Shown here in pieces: positions 43,303-53,793 of a stretch of 64,000 bases of DNA (position 1 is the first letter of the stretch; each line of letters begins with the position of its first letter). The notes below the pieces were generated by a model. That model saw nothing but the letters and a program-made list of their open reading frames with translations. It did no database searches and was not told where the DNA came from. Made by a program: the position numbers and the translations under genes. The DNA is from a virus (taxonomy: Duplodnaviria; Heunggongvirae; Uroviricota; Caudoviricetes): the IMG/VR virus record IMGVR_UViG_3300035212_002004, positions 40,100-104,099 of that record; one strand, given 5' to 3'.

Positions 43303-44595
43303 TTAATCTAATTGTTTCCATGTACTGTTTAAGTAGCAGTATAAATGCTGGTCTGCTCCTGATCCTGATACTATTACCATTCCTGGTGAAGGAGATGGTG
43401 TTGTTGATCTTGGGGCTAGTACTAGTATATCATTTAACATTAGAGAACCTGTTATTTCTACTACTGACCCATATGCTAAAATAAGGTTTGATCTAGATGC
43501 ATTTGATACTCCATTTCCGTGAATAAAAGCTGATTGTATAGATGAGGATATGTTATACTGTCCTTGAACGTGTTGATAAGGTCCTGATGCTACTGTATTT
43601 TGTCCTTCTGCATGTGATCCTTGTCCTGTTGCTATTGATCCTGAACCTTCTGCATGTGAGTAAGATCCTGATGCTAGTGTATAATATCCTTCAGCATGAG
43701 CTCCGTATCCGGATGCTATTGTAATGTATCCTTCTGCATGTGAGTTAGATCCTGATGCTATTGTATTATAGCCTTCTGCATGTGAGTAATTTCCAGATGA
43801 TACCGTACTCTCTCCTTCTGCATGTGAGTTAGTTCCTAATGCTATTGTAGAATCTCCTTCTGCATGTGAGTGGTCTCCTGATGCTGTTGTGTAGAAGCCT
43901 TCTGCATGTGAAGCGAGTCCTGATGCTATTGTAATGTATCCTTCTGCATGTGAACCTGCTCCTGATGCTATTGTACTAGCTCCTTCTGCATGTGAGGCAT
44001 ATCCTGATGCTATTGTACTCTGTCCTTCTGCATGTGAGTAGTATCCTGATGCTATTGTATTTTGTCCTTCTGCATGTGAGGAGTTTCCTATTGCCTGTGT
44101 ACCATACCCTTCTGCATGTGAGGAGTTTCCCATGGCCTGTGATGACTGCCCTTCTGCATGTGAAAAGTTTCCTGATGCTATTGTATAATATCCTTCTGCA
44201 TGTGAGTACTGTCCTGATGCTATTGTAACCGCTCCTTCTGCGTGTGAGTAAGACCCTGATGCTATATTTCCTGCTGCTCCTTGAGTAAGAGATCCTGTTA
44301 TTATCTGATTTCCTATAAACCTATTTGATCCTGTAGTGGCAAATGAACCAGTATTAGTAAGTGGTCTCCAATTTGAAGTAGTATCCCAAGAAGCTACTGT
44401 TTGACCATAAAATCCATAAAAGTTTTGAGAAGATGATACAAATATAATTGCTCCTACTTTTCTTTTATCTGCAGGAATTGAACCTGTATCAGAAAGTAAG
44501 TTGATAGGGTAACTATTTCCTCTTACTTCTGTTATATCAGTAAGTGCTTTAGTTGTGTTATTATGTTGTAGTATGTCAGGATAAAGTAGTGCCAT
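43303..44595 (-). CDS. Tail fibre / adhesin-like protein with 14-aa SHAEG repeats
   Basis: 16 tandem ASGxxSHAEGxxTI repeats, resembling trimeric autotransporter head repeats. Confidence 0.8.
   Translation of the reverse strand: MALLYPDILQHNNTTKALTDITEVRGNSYPINLLSDTGSIPADKRKVGAIIFVSSSQNFYGFYGQTVASWDTTSNWRPLTNTGSFATTGSNRFIGNQIITGSLTQGAAGNIASGSYSHAEGAVTIASGQYSHAEGYYTIASGNFSHAEGQSSQAMGNSSHAEGYGTQAIGNSSHAEGQNTIASGYYSHAEGQSTIASGYASHAEGASTIASGAGSHAEGYITIASGLASHAEGFYTTASGDHSHAEGDSTIALGTNSHAEGESTVSSGNYSHAEGYNTIASGSNSHAEGYITIASGYGAHAEGYYTLASGSYSHAEGSGSIATGQGSHAEGQNTVASGPYQHVQGQYNISSSIQSAFIHGNGVSNASRSNLILAYGSVVEITGSLMLNDILVLAPRSTTPSPSPGMVIVSGSGADQHLYCYLNSTWKQLD
43583..44262 (-). repeat. 42-bp tandem coding repeat (about 16 units)
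   Basis: Recurring CCTTCTGCATGTGA core every 42 bp on the plus strand. Confidence 0.9.
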
Positions 44596-44596
44596 A

Positions 44597-45607
44597 TTAT
44601 GAAATTGTTAAGGTAGTTCCGCTTGCAAATGCTTTGTCGGAGTTGGATTTATATACTCGATATGATAGTGGAATTGAGAATGTATTAGTGACTGTAAAGT
44701 CACCTATCTTAGTAAAAGCTCCTAGTACTGGAGTTGCTCCATTTTGAATTATACTTGCTAAGTCTCCGTAAGACGCTGGGTATATTATGTATGTGAAATT
44801 CCCCAAAGTATCATTTGCTGCTGTACAAGTCGCAGTCCATGACTTGCTTGAAGCTAAGGTTGATGCTACTGCTGCATTTACTACTGTTTGAGCTGTTGAA
44901 TCATTCATTATAGTAGTTGAGCTAGCTCCTAAATAGTTTTTCCATTGGAATGCCATAGTAGTTGTGGCTGGTGTTATTGTGGCAAGTGTATCTGATCTTT
45001 TACCATTTACTGTAAAGATAATATTACCGGATGTTGTTCTTGTATAGGTATTAGAACTTCCTATTGGAAGCACGTTTGATGATCCTAGTACATTGTTTCC
45101 AAAATAGTACTGTACTGTTCCTATGTCGGCTCCGGATGCTGTAAATGAAGCACTTAGTGGATAAATTGACGTTGGGTTATCTGCTGCTGCCGTAAATGAG
45201 GCTGTGTTTGCTGTAAAAGATGCTCCAACTTCTCTTGTTGATGTTGAGATTAGTGAACTACTATTTCTCATTACTAATGAACTTAGAGTTGGTGGTATAT
45301 AAGTTACTAACATTGTTCTAATAATTGTCTCTAAACTAGTTCCTGATATAAAAGTAATTGGGGCAGTCGCTCCACCTACTGTTACATTTGAGGTTATTCC
45401 TGCTTGTAAAGTGGCATTCCCCGCAGTTATACCAGTTAATTGAGAACCATCTCCTTTAAATGAACCTGTAACTTGGAGTGCATTTAATGAACCTGAAATT
45501 ATTATATCATTAGGTGTAGTACCATCTAAAGCATTTATTATTCTTAATAAATGTTCTGAACGGATTATTTGGGAAGGTGATATACCAGATGTACTAATTG
45601 TACTCAT
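44597..45607 (-). CDS. Ser/Thr-rich virion protein
   Basis: 336 aa, beta-rich composition, fibre cluster. Confidence 0.7.
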   Translation of the reverse strand: MSTISTSGISPSQIIRSEHLLRIINALDGTTPNDIIISGSLNALQVTGSFKGDGSQLTGITAGNATLQAGITSNVTVGGATAPITFISGTSLETIIRTMLVTYIPPTLSSLVMRNSSSLISTSTREVGASFTANTASFTAAADNPTSIYPLSASFTASGADIGTVQYYFGNNVLGSSNVLPIGSSNTYTRTTSGNIIFTVNGKRSDTLATITPATTTMAFQWKNYLGASSTTIMNDSTAQTVVNAAVASTLASSKSWTATCTAANDTLGNFTYIIYPASYGDLASIIQNGATPVLGAFTKIGDFTVTNTFSIPLSYRVYKSNSDKAFASGTTLTIS

Positions 45608-45766
45608 ATTATGGATTTTAAATGTTTATAATAAATATATTAGGAATTTTAATAAATTATCTTATAGTGTTAGGTTTTATTTTCTATAATAAATAGTAAC
45701 ATAGAGTCGAAACCCTCTTCTCTATTCACTGTAATTGTTGTTACGCTATCCTACTACCTATGCCGA

Positions 45767-46042
45767 CTACTCAGAAGTGATAAATTCTCCTGTTTCCAAA
45801 TTAATTGACCCTTTTCCGTAAACACTTTCCAATTGTTGTGCTATTTACTCTTGCTCCTGTAATATATCTTCAAGGTACTGTTGTGCGATTTACTCTCTTT
45901 TTGTTAGTTGTAGTTTTTTAACTTGAATTTGTCCCAATTCTTGTATGATAAATTGATTCTTTTTTTGAATTGTATCAATCTGTTGTAACTCCTCTTGTGA
46001 TAACTTTTTAGTTTCTATTTGTAACGTTTCTATTATTTCTAC
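45767..46042 (-). pseudogene. Pseudogene of a coiled-coil protein related to 42681-42932
   Basis: Frame ETKKLSQEELQQI...ELGQIQVKKLQL..RE*IAQ...QE*IAQQLESVYGKGSINLETGEF has two in-frame TAA and no ATG. Confidence 0.7.
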
Positions 46043-46087
46043 TTATTTTATTATTAATTGATTTTATAGAGTAGTTGGTGTACTGTA

Positions 46088-48433
46088 TTACCAGTTATTT
46101 TGTAATATATTTACCCAAGCATATGTCAATGCTCCAGTTTGCATCACCATATCTACATATGAATTATTTCCTGATGTTCTGTACCTTATTGAACCTACGT
46201 TTGTAGAAGAAGCAATTGACGTATCGTCTGCTACTTGTACTGATCCTGCGATTGATAATTTAGAGGCAGGTGTTATAGTCCCTATACCTACATTACCGCC
46301 ATTTGGCTGTAAGGATAGTCCATATACTTCAGCATTAACTGCCTCTCTTTGGCTTTGTATAGAATGTACTCCTGTTTGATATCCTCTAAATATAATACCG
46401 TAAGGTGATGGTGCATATGATAGAAACTTTGCGGTAGGAGTTCCGCTAAAAGGGTCAGCTTGGTATACTCCCCTAACTACTCCTGCTACATCCAAAGATG
46501 CTGAAGGTGTTGTTGTTCCAATACCTACGTTACCTGTCGAGGTAATCCGTAGCCTCTCTGAGCCGCTTGTTACCAGTGTAAGCGGCTGGTTGTTACTTGT
46601 TCCTAGTAAAGAACCTGTTATACCTTGGGTCACATTTAATGATCCTGTTAATACGTAAGACCCTGTTAATTGGTTTGAGTTAGTCCAAACACTGCCACTC
46701 CTTACCAGTAATTGGCCTGAAGTAAGTGAGCCTGTATTTATTCTTACATTATGTAATTCATCTAATTCATACCCATTATCTATTTTAACAAAAATTTTAC
46801 CTTGATTATTGTGAGCATATTCAACAAACCCAACAATGACCAAATGGTTTGGTGCGGTTGGTTTTATGTTTGTAAGACATCCTGGTATTGTCGAAGATAG
46901 GTACAATACATCGCCATCCACCCACGTCTCTCCTTGTAGTGCACCTGTTGTGTTTATCTTTTTTACTTGGCCTGAAAGTGTTATGAATCCTTCTTGATTT
47001 TTTGCTATGTTTTCAGTAACGACTCCTAAAGTAGTTGCTGAGTCAGCGTCGCTATCCGCTAGCGCTAGTACTACTGCCAATCGTCCACCTTGGGCTCCCC
47101 CTTCAGCAACTGATCTAATGCGAACCACACTGTAGTCAGCTTCTAGCAAATCATCTGCTGTTTTATTTACAACCCTAGTTACCTCTTCTTGTCCTATTTG
47201 TAATGTTACATTACCCCCTTTTAATCCTATATCTAAAGTACCATCTACATCATTCCAACTCAATCTTCCAGGGATTGGCTGCGTAACAACAGAACCTGTA
47301 TTAAAATCAATATAGTCTACACTATTAATTGAACCAGATATTTGCAAATTTCTAGAGTAAGATGCTGTAGCTGCATAAGAAGCACTTAGTGCCTGTGTTG
47401 CATAGGAAGCTGTTCCAAGTAGTGAACCTGTTATTCCGTTTGTAACAGTTAAAGAGCCTGTTATAATTGCATTACCGTTTACATCTAGTTTTGCATTTGG
47501 CAATCCTGTTCCTATACCTACGTTACCTCCGTCTAGTACAGTAATAAGATCATTATTCCCTGTTCTATTTTTAAATACAATTCCAGTTCCTAATGATTTA
47601 ATCACTGTATTATCGTTACTAGAGTATACTGTAGAATATGGTGAACCTAAGGAATTTTGAAATCTAAGTCCATATCCATTTTCAAAAGCTATTGAACCAT
47701 TTTCAACATTTATAACATCGGATATATTCATTGCTGTTCCACCAATTCTCATAAAACCGGCATTATTCAATCTCATTCTCTCAACCATAGTGCTACTACC
47801 GTCAGGGGTTGTAAAAAATGATAATCTTGATGGTAAATCATTCGCCCCTGTTGTAGCATCCATAGATGCTTCAATTTTTGCATTTGCTATAAAAGTTGAA
47901 GTTCCAATATCATAAGCTCCAAATTCTAATCTACCTACCGCAGTACCTGTACTAGGTGTTGTTGGAGAGAGTTGTGTACCAGATGCTCTAAATAATCTAA
48001 GTCTTGCATAAGTACCGTAGTTATTTGTCTCTATTTGTGAATTAAATAAGTCTAAATCATTATCTACGGTAACATACTGTAAACTGGTTGGATTGCCTTG
48101 TACAGTTAGTGAACCACTTACGTCTAGTTTTGCACTTGGTGTTGTTGTTCCTATACCTATACTACCTGATAGTTGGTATAATGTACTACTAGTTAAATCA
48201 GTACTTCCACTCCAAAGTGGAATATAATTATTAGTTCCTCCTGTTAATGTACTTCCAGTTGATCCTGTAGGACCTGGTGGGCCTTGTGGTCCTGCAGTAA
48301 TTATCTCAACTATTTGAGTAACAGGTTGAGTTATATCAACTATATTTGGGTTGTTAGGGTCATTAACACTAATATGATTAATGTTTTCCTGTACAGCAAT
48401 GGTATTGGTATTAATTGATATATTAACTGGCAT
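46088..48433 (-). CDS. Long tail fibre protein
   Basis: 781 aa; repeated GNVGIGT..P.AKLDV.G and TGSL motifs, short collagen-like GPQGPPGPTG. Confidence 0.8.
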   Translation of the reverse strand: MPVNISINTNTIAVQENINHISVNDPNNPNIVDITQPVTQIVEIITAGPQGPPGPTGSTGSTLTGGTNNYIPLWSGSTDLTSSTLYQLSGSIGIGTTTPSAKLDVSGSLTVQGNPTSLQYVTVDNDLDLFNSQIETNNYGTYARLRLFRASGTQLSPTTPSTGTAVGRLEFGAYDIGTSTFIANAKIEASMDATTGANDLPSRLSFFTTPDGSSTMVERMRLNNAGFMRIGGTAMNISDVINVENGSIAFENGYGLRFQNSLGSPYSTVYSSNDNTVIKSLGTGIVFKNRTGNNDLITVLDGGNVGIGTGLPNAKLDVNGNAIITGSLTVTNGITGSLLGTASYATQALSASYAATASYSRNLQISGSINSVDYIDFNTGSVVTQPIPGRLSWNDVDGTLDIGLKGGNVTLQIGQEEVTRVVNKTADDLLEADYSVVRIRSVAEGGAQGGRLAVVLALADSDADSATTLGVVTENIAKNQEGFITLSGQVKKINTTGALQGETWVDGDVLYLSSTIPGCLTNIKPTAPNHLVIVGFVEYAHNNQGKIFVKIDNGYELDELHNVRINTGSLTSGQLLVRSGSVWTNSNQLTGSYVLTGSLNVTQGITGSLLGTSNNQPLTLVTSGSERLRITSTGNVGIGTTTPSASLDVAGVVRGVYQADPFSGTPTAKFLSYAPSPYGIIFRGYQTGVHSIQSQREAVNAEVYGLSLQPNGGNVGIGTITPASKLSIAGSVQVADDTSIASSTNVGSIRYRTSGNNSYVDMVMQTGALTYAWVNILQNNW

Positions 48434-48439
48434 ATTTTA

Positions 48440-48823
48440 TTATGGTCTAGTTATTTCTTTACTTAAATTTACTTGCCCTTCTAATATTCTTGTTGTTATT
48501 GGGCAATCTCCACTTCCAGAATAGATTTCTAAATCATATCTTGCAGTTGAAAAGTTAAATGCAGATGAAGAACATGCTGCTATAAAAATTCCTATAGAAC
48601 CTGTAGCTGCTCCAACAAAATTCAAACCAGTCCCATCAGGAGCTAGTGAACTTGATAAAGTAATATAAGTAATGGGGGAATTATCAGCATAATTTGATCT
48701 AATTTGCATTCTACCTGAGTATCCTGATATGTTTATAGGGGCAAGATTCTTATCTTTATATTGTATAGAGAAATCTACAGTAGTACCTTGTTCAATAGTA
48801 AAGTTCCATTTTCCAGCTGCCAT
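48440..48823 (-). CDS. Baseplate upper / fibre attachment-like protein
   Basis: IEQGTT...Y.D...G...RMQIR...YDLEI...RILEG.V pattern; likely start MAAGK at 48823. Confidence 0.7.
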   Translation of the reverse strand: MAAGKWNFTIEQGTTVDFSIQYKDKNLAPINISGYSGRMQIRSNYADNSPITYITLSSSLAPDGTGLNFVGAATGSIGIFIAACSSSAFNFSTARYDLEIYSGSGDCPITTRILEGQVNLSKEITRP

Positions 48824-48917
48824 ATGTTTATTATAATTTATATTAGATAATATATCCTCATTGGAAGGATAATGTTTCCTCAATAAATATTAAGAAATGT
48901 AAGGTAGATCGGATTGA

Positions 48918-49793
48918 CTATTGGATTCTTTCAGTAAATACTGTTTTAGTTACATTATATGACTTAGGATTGGGACCAGCTTGAGCTACATTTATGGTTT
49001 TAGGTATGATATACCCTTGTAATGTAAGAATTAAGTCACTTTTATTAGCTCTATCCATCCCATTCTCTAAAGATACAGGAGTAGGGAATGAAGAAATAGA
49101 CGCTCTAAATAAGAATCTTTCAGGGTCACCCCAATATGAATCAGACGCAAATTCTAATGCTTCAATTAATGGATTCATTTGTTGAATATAATCAGTAAAT
49201 ATGGATAGAGTATAGGTTATAGTAATATAATCAGGTATAATACCTAATATATATTCCTTTTGTGGTTTTTGATTATTTAACACATCAAAATTATCATATA
49301 CATTTCTTTTTGAATATCCTTTTTCAAAATATTGAACATTATGAACTATATTACCATCTAACTTATTACCTAAGTTTCTATTTTTTTCAAATGAATCTCT
49401 TTTAAACATGATTAATGGAACCATAGTTTTACCATTTTTATCACGATAAAACCCATCGTATTGAATTGACTTCCATCTTTCCGGTGAACCATATATAATT
49501 GGAACAGGTATTTGCCTATTGTTTTGAATTACTGTAGGTTTAATTACGTTTTCTAAATAATATAAAACAGTATTATCATGATCTTCTAAAGTAATGTTGA
49601 TAGTTTTAGTATCATCATTCTTTAAAGATGTTTGTTCTGCTCTATTAAAAGTAGGTTGACCAGGTTGAGTATCTTGAGAAAAAGTAGAATTTGGATTTGA
49701 ATAAGGTTGTATCTCTTTTTCAGGTTCTACATAAACATCTGATAAAGTAGATAAAAATTCTCGTTTAGTTAAAGGGGTTGGTTTAAATTCCAT
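48918..49793 (-). CDS. Probable tail completion / terminator protein (gp15-like)
   Basis: VPIIYGSPERW, P.Y....Y.......Y..QMN...E pattern; follows the neck genes. Confidence 0.65.
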   Translation of the reverse strand: MEFKPTPLTKREFLSTLSDVYVEPEKEIQPYSNPNSTFSQDTQPGQPTFNRAEQTSLKNDDTKTINITLEDHDNTVLYYLENVIKPTVIQNNRQIPVPIIYGSPERWKSIQYDGFYRDKNGKTMVPLIMFKRDSFEKNRNLGNKLDGNIVHNVQYFEKGYSKRNVYDNFDVLNNQKPQKEYILGIIPDYITITYTLSIFTDYIQQMNPLIEALEFASDSYWGDPERFLFRASISSFPTPVSLENGMDRANKSDLILTLQGYIIPKTINVAQAGPNPKSYNVTKTVFTERIQ

Positions 49794-49794
49794 T

Positions 49795-50292
49795 TTATAA
49801 TCTGTTTTCTCTTATTCCTACTTTTTCGGGGCGAGTATAGAAGCATTCTAATATTATTGATAAACTAGTACCAGTATCTGGCACTCCATTAGTGTTTGTA
49901 TAAGCATAATCTGGATCTTTACCTACTACTAATTGGTTCTCATTTACATTATTAACTTCATAATAATCTTCATTCCAAAGAATAATGTCACCTACTGAAG
50001 GTTCAACATTTGCCGTTATTAGATGATATTTTAAAAATCTTACTATTAGTTTTCTTTCAAAATCCATACCAAAATTATCTGTTATTGGTGTGGTATCTCC
50101 TCTTTCTAATAAACAATTGACTAAGACAGGACCGTTATATTTTTTATTTAAACTTTCACCATAAATGTTTGGTGGAGTTTCATCTAATATTACTTGATAA
50201 TATCCTACTTTTTGTTCAATAACTTGCCCTAACAATTCTTTATTAATATTATGAAACATATCAATATCACGAGAGCGTCCAAAATAAGCCAT
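49795..50292 (-). CDS. Probable neck / head closure protein (gp14-like)
   Basis: N.ELL..VI.Q...YY, NIYGE, P.VGDII.WN..YYEV pattern; position. Confidence 0.65.
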   Translation of the reverse strand: MAYFGRSRDIDMFHNINKELLGQVIEQKVGYYQVILDETPPNIYGESLNKKYNGPVLVNCLLERGDTTPITDNFGMDFERKLIVRFLKYHLITANVEPSVGDIILWNEDYYEVNNVNENQLVVGKDPDYAYTNTNGVPDTGTSLSIILECFYTRPEKVGIRENRL

Positions 50293-50304
50293 ATAATAAT
50301 AATT

Positions 50305-51471
50305 TTAACCTATAAAGATATTCATAGGGACATTTTGTAATGTAGTAGTCATAGCAGCATTTTCAGCTGCTTTTCTTTCTAATTGCATTTTACGAGAAGA
50401 TTCATCTAAATCTGTTCTTAACTTTTCAATTAATGCTAATTGTAAATCTCTTGCTTTACCTAATAAATCAGCTTGATTTAAAGCTACTTCAGCTCCTGGG
50501 ATAGGTACTTGAGTATATTTACCTCTAATGAATGCTAGAGTTTCAGCAGCTAATGCTAATGTATACTCAAATATCCAGTACCTTCCAGGCGCATTTACAC
50601 TAGAATAAGTAGGATTATCATATGGCACATTAGATATATCAGTAATTAAGTTATCACTTGATCCTGGCCCGTTTGTTGCTATAACACTATTACGTTCTGA
50701 TATTTTTATATATTCAAAAAATAATCTTTTATCTTGTGTTGGGATAGGGAATATTTTTAATTTATTATTTACAATTTGAAAGGAAAATGCTGATCTTCTA
50801 ATTTGGTCATTTAATTCAATTGCTTGAATTGTACCAATGTCATAATTTAATGGCATTAACATAAAGTTAATAGCGGGAGATTTATTACCAAACCCAAAGG
50901 CATCTAATAATTGCTGTGAACCATATCCTGTACCAGCATAAGGGTCAAAATAACGAACAATAGCAGGAGCATTCTCATAAAAGATAGTCTTTATTTCAAT
51001 TGAGTCATCAGGTGATATTATTCCTGAAGATGAGGCCCAAGTTTTTAAATCATAGTCTTGTACTCCCGCTGTCATATCAATAGAACCAGTGTAGTAAGTA
51101 GTATTACCTCCTACACCAGCTTCACTACCATAATCTTGAGCCATTCTAATTATATTACCTAATGAAGGTGTTATAACTTTATTATTAAGAGTTATATTAT
51201 TTGGATTAGCTTCTAATGATATAAAATTATTTCTTATTTGATATAAATAAAGTTCATTTCCATAAGTAGTGACAGCATCTTCAAAACAAGCAAAGAATTG
51301 ATCTCCACCCATTTCAACATCCATTGAAGGATATCCTAAACGGATAGCGCAAAATTTTGCTACTTTTATAGCATCTAATTGGAATTGGTAATCGTTATCA
51401 TAAAATCCAAATGGAGTGGAAGTACCTTGAGTAAAGGTTGCTGTCCCATTCCATAATTGTGAATTAGCCAT
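50305..51471 (-). CDS. Probable neck adaptor protein (gp13-like)
   Basis: RLGYP..DVE, WI..Y.LA...E.L...RGKY..VPIPG.EV.LN...L pattern. Confidence 0.75.
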   Translation of the reverse strand: MANSQLWNGTATFTQGTSTPFGFYDNDYQFQLDAIKVAKFCAIRLGYPSMDVEMGGDQFFACFEDAVTTYGNELYLYQIRNNFISLEANPNNITLNNKVITPSLGNIIRMAQDYGSEAGVGGNTTYYTGSIDMTAGVQDYDLKTWASSSGIISPDDSIEIKTIFYENAPAIVRYFDPYAGTGYGSQQLLDAFGFGNKSPAINFMLMPLNYDIGTIQAIELNDQIRRSAFSFQIVNNKLKIFPIPTQDKRLFFEYIKISERNSVIATNGPGSSDNLITDISNVPYDNPTYSSVNAPGRYWIFEYTLALAAETLAFIRGKYTQVPIPGAEVALNQADLLGKARDLQLALIEKLRTDLDESSRKMQLERKAAENAAMTTTLQNVPMNIFIG

Positions 51472-51474
51472 ATT

Positions 51475-51708
51475 TTATTTTATAAATGATTTAATAAAAA
51501 GAAGAACAGCAGGGATTATACTAATTAAAAAATCCTTATAATCGAACCCCTTATAAACAATTTGATCCTTAATTTCTTTTCCTAAAGCAAATAGTATAAC
51601 TACTCCTAAAGACCAATAATTAGATAAAATTAAATTTATAATAAAATATATCCCAAACCCATAAATAAAATGGTTGGCTTTGTCTAAAGGTATTAAAGGT
51701 AAATTCAT
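51475..51708 (-). CDS. Small membrane protein
   Basis: DKANHF...KE..D.....GFD..DF with hydrophobic segments. Confidence 0.7.
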   Translation of the reverse strand: MNLPLIPLDKANHFIYGFGIYFIINLILSNYWSLGVVILFALGKEIKDQIVYKGFDYKDFLISIIPAVLLFIKSFIK

Positions 51709-51787
51709 AATGTTATGTTATTTAATATAAATATTGAAGAAGCATAATTATTTATGCTTCCCCTTTATTTAATTATAGAAATAAGTT

Positions 51788-52078
51788 TTAATATCCAAAG
51801 CTATGTCTAGGATTTATTGGAATTATCTCATTTTCAAAAACTATATCTTGTTCGCTCATAACATCAAAAGCATATCCATCGTAATAAATAGGCTCTGTAA
51901 GTACATTACCATTTTCATCGTAAGTACCTTGTATATTTACTACTTTACCAATTTCTACTATTGCGTGAATACCTTGACCGTAAGTCAAACCCTCATCTGT
52001 TTGTACATAAACTGCTTTTGCTAATAAATCAGCTATTGCAGTTTCTTTGTCTGTGTAATTTAGTTTTGATATTTTCAT
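51788..52078 (-). CDS. Hypothetical protein (follows a lectin-like virion gene)
   Basis: 96 aa ORF. Confidence 0.7.
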   Translation of the reverse strand: MKISKLNYTDKETAIADLLAKAVYVQTDEGLTYGQGIHAIVEIGKVVNIQGTYDENGNVLTEPIYYDGYAFDVMSEQDIVFENEIIPINPRHSFGY

Positions 52079-52079
52079 T

Positions 52080-53303
52080 TTATAAAGTTGTTAAAGCTAT
52101 ACATTCTGAATCAGTTAAAGCAGTTTTTGAAATTAAAAAAGTATTTATACCAACATTAGCATTTTCTCCTCCAGCTGTGGTAGAGCATCCTAAAAATAAT
52201 CTATCTATAATAGGAATTTCAGACAAACCTACATTCCCAACTAATACACCATTTATAAACATTTTAGTTGCTCCTATTCTATAAGATACTGCTATTTTAA
52301 ACCTACCAGTTGGTGTATCTACATTGATATTAGATACTGTTACATTATTTGAACGTATTGTTATATCCGTATAATTTCTTGTAGCTGTTTTAACTATTGA
52401 GTGTGAAAATCTGTTATTGGCAGTACCATCAGTTATACTATATAACATTCTAACAACTACTCCAGTTGTTATTTCATTAACTTTATTTTGAAAATCTATA
52501 AAGAAAGTTCCTTCTGTTTGTCCTATTAAATCAGAAATTCCTGTTTTACTAATAGCATCAGCGTTTCTTGTTACACTTGCGGTAGTTGTAGGTATAAAAG
52601 ATGTGCTATACGAACTTACTTCTAATTGTGGCATTGATAATACAAAATTTCCAGTCACATTAGAATTTACTCCAGAACCTACTCTAAATTGAAAATCTCC
52701 AGCAGTTGTACAAGTCAAAACAATTGAATAGGTAAATCCAGCTTCTATATTTAATGCACTTGATACTACAACATTATTTTTTAAAAATACGGTTGTTCCA
52801 ACACCAGTGTTTGTTGTATTTATTCTTAACATTTGTGAAATAGGAATTGCAGTTGTAATAGATTCTACATAAACACTAAAAGAATTTATACTATTTAAAG
52901 CAATAGCGAAAGTTTGTGAAATATCTTGTCTTGTAGTAGATGTTGTAAATCTATAAGCAGTAACATTTGTATTTTTAATACTTGTAACTGGCGTAGATGT
53001 TCCAGTACTTGTGTTAACAGTCCAACTTGTAGGCAAACTGCTACCACCAGCCCAAACGCTATTTAACAATAAATTAGTTTCTTGTGGCTCCACCAATATA
53101 CTTGGACAACCTCCATCATAATTCAATCTTGGAACGTTTGTCGCTACACTTTCTATTAAACCTAAACTATTTATTCTTGTTGCAGTTGTTGCTCTTACAA
53201 CTGTCATATCTCCATTACCATTTGATGGAATAATAGAATATAGTTTTGAAGCTTTTACTGCGTTAGGAGTTGTGATTAAAGACGCTTGTGTTAATATACT
53301 CAT
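52080..53303 (-). CDS. Virion appendage protein with a LamG/concanavalin-like C-terminal domain
   Basis: RATTATR.N..G.IE......PRL.Y, QLE..SY.TSFIPT.....TRNAD, GQTEGT motifs. Confidence 0.7.
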   Translation of the reverse strand: MSILTQASLITTPNAVKASKLYSIIPSNGNGDMTVVRATTATRINSLGLIESVATNVPRLNYDGGCPSILVEPQETNLLLNSVWAGGSSLPTSWTVNTSTGTSTPVTSIKNTNVTAYRFTTSTTRQDISQTFAIALNSINSFSVYVESITTAIPISQMLRINTTNTGVGTTVFLKNNVVVSSALNIEAGFTYSIVLTCTTAGDFQFRVGSGVNSNVTGNFVLSMPQLEVSSYSTSFIPTTTASVTRNADAISKTGISDLIGQTEGTFFIDFQNKVNEITTGVVVRMLYSITDGTANNRFSHSIVKTATRNYTDITIRSNNVTVSNINVDTPTGRFKIAVSYRIGATKMFINGVLVGNVGLSEIPIIDRLFLGCSTTAGGENANVGINTFLISKTALTDSECIALTTL

Positions 53304-53476
53304 TATATTTTATTTAAGTTTGTCAATATTATATTTAAGCAAGATTCTGCTTCAAATAAACCAGAATCAGCAGCTATTCTTGTTTTAAAATCATTGATTA
53401 ATACTTCAACATTAACTACTGATGAAGCTATTGCAGGGTTAAAATTTAAAAAACCCATCCCTAAACTCAATCCCAT
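53303..53476 (-). CDS. Small hypothetical protein (57 aa), missed by the ORF track
   Basis: MGLSLGMG...FKTRIAADSGLFEAESCL...; stop overlaps the next start (TAATG). Confidence 0.7.
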   Translation of the reverse strand: MGLSLGMGFLNFNPAIASSVVNVEVLINDFKTRIAADSGLFEAESCLNIILTNLNKI

Positions 53477-53478
53477 GA

Positions 53479-53751
53479 TTAATATCTAGGTATTGGAGAT
53501 GACCCTGAGTATAGTATAGCTATACCTGAAGATTGGGTAACTTCTGTTATGTAACCATATATAGGAATACCTGCTGTAAAGGATGCAGAAAAATTATTAC
53601 CGTTGGTTAAATTAGGGATAACTAATTTAGCAGAAGTGGTTTGAAGAGGATAATATACAAATCCTTTTACTTGTACTTGTACTGATCCGCTTAGTATTAT
53701 TCCTCCTCCTAATCCGAAGGGGTGTTTTGCTATATCTACTTGATCGTTCAT
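53479..53751 (-). CDS. Hypothetical protein
   Basis: 90 aa ORF after an ATATTTAT motif. Confidence 0.7.
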   Translation of the reverse strand: MNDQVDIAKHPFGLGGGIILSGSVQVQVKGFVYYPLQTTSAKLVIPNLTNGNNFSASFTAGIPIYGYITEVTQSSGIAILYSGSSPIPRY

Positions 53752-53793
53752 TGTATGTTTTAATTTTAGTTTATTATAAATATTGAAGAAACC

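Noticed and set aside
43583-44262. CRISPR array or DGR
   Set aside because: Repeats are in-frame 42-bp coding units without unique spacers; no cas or reverse transcriptase genes in the window.
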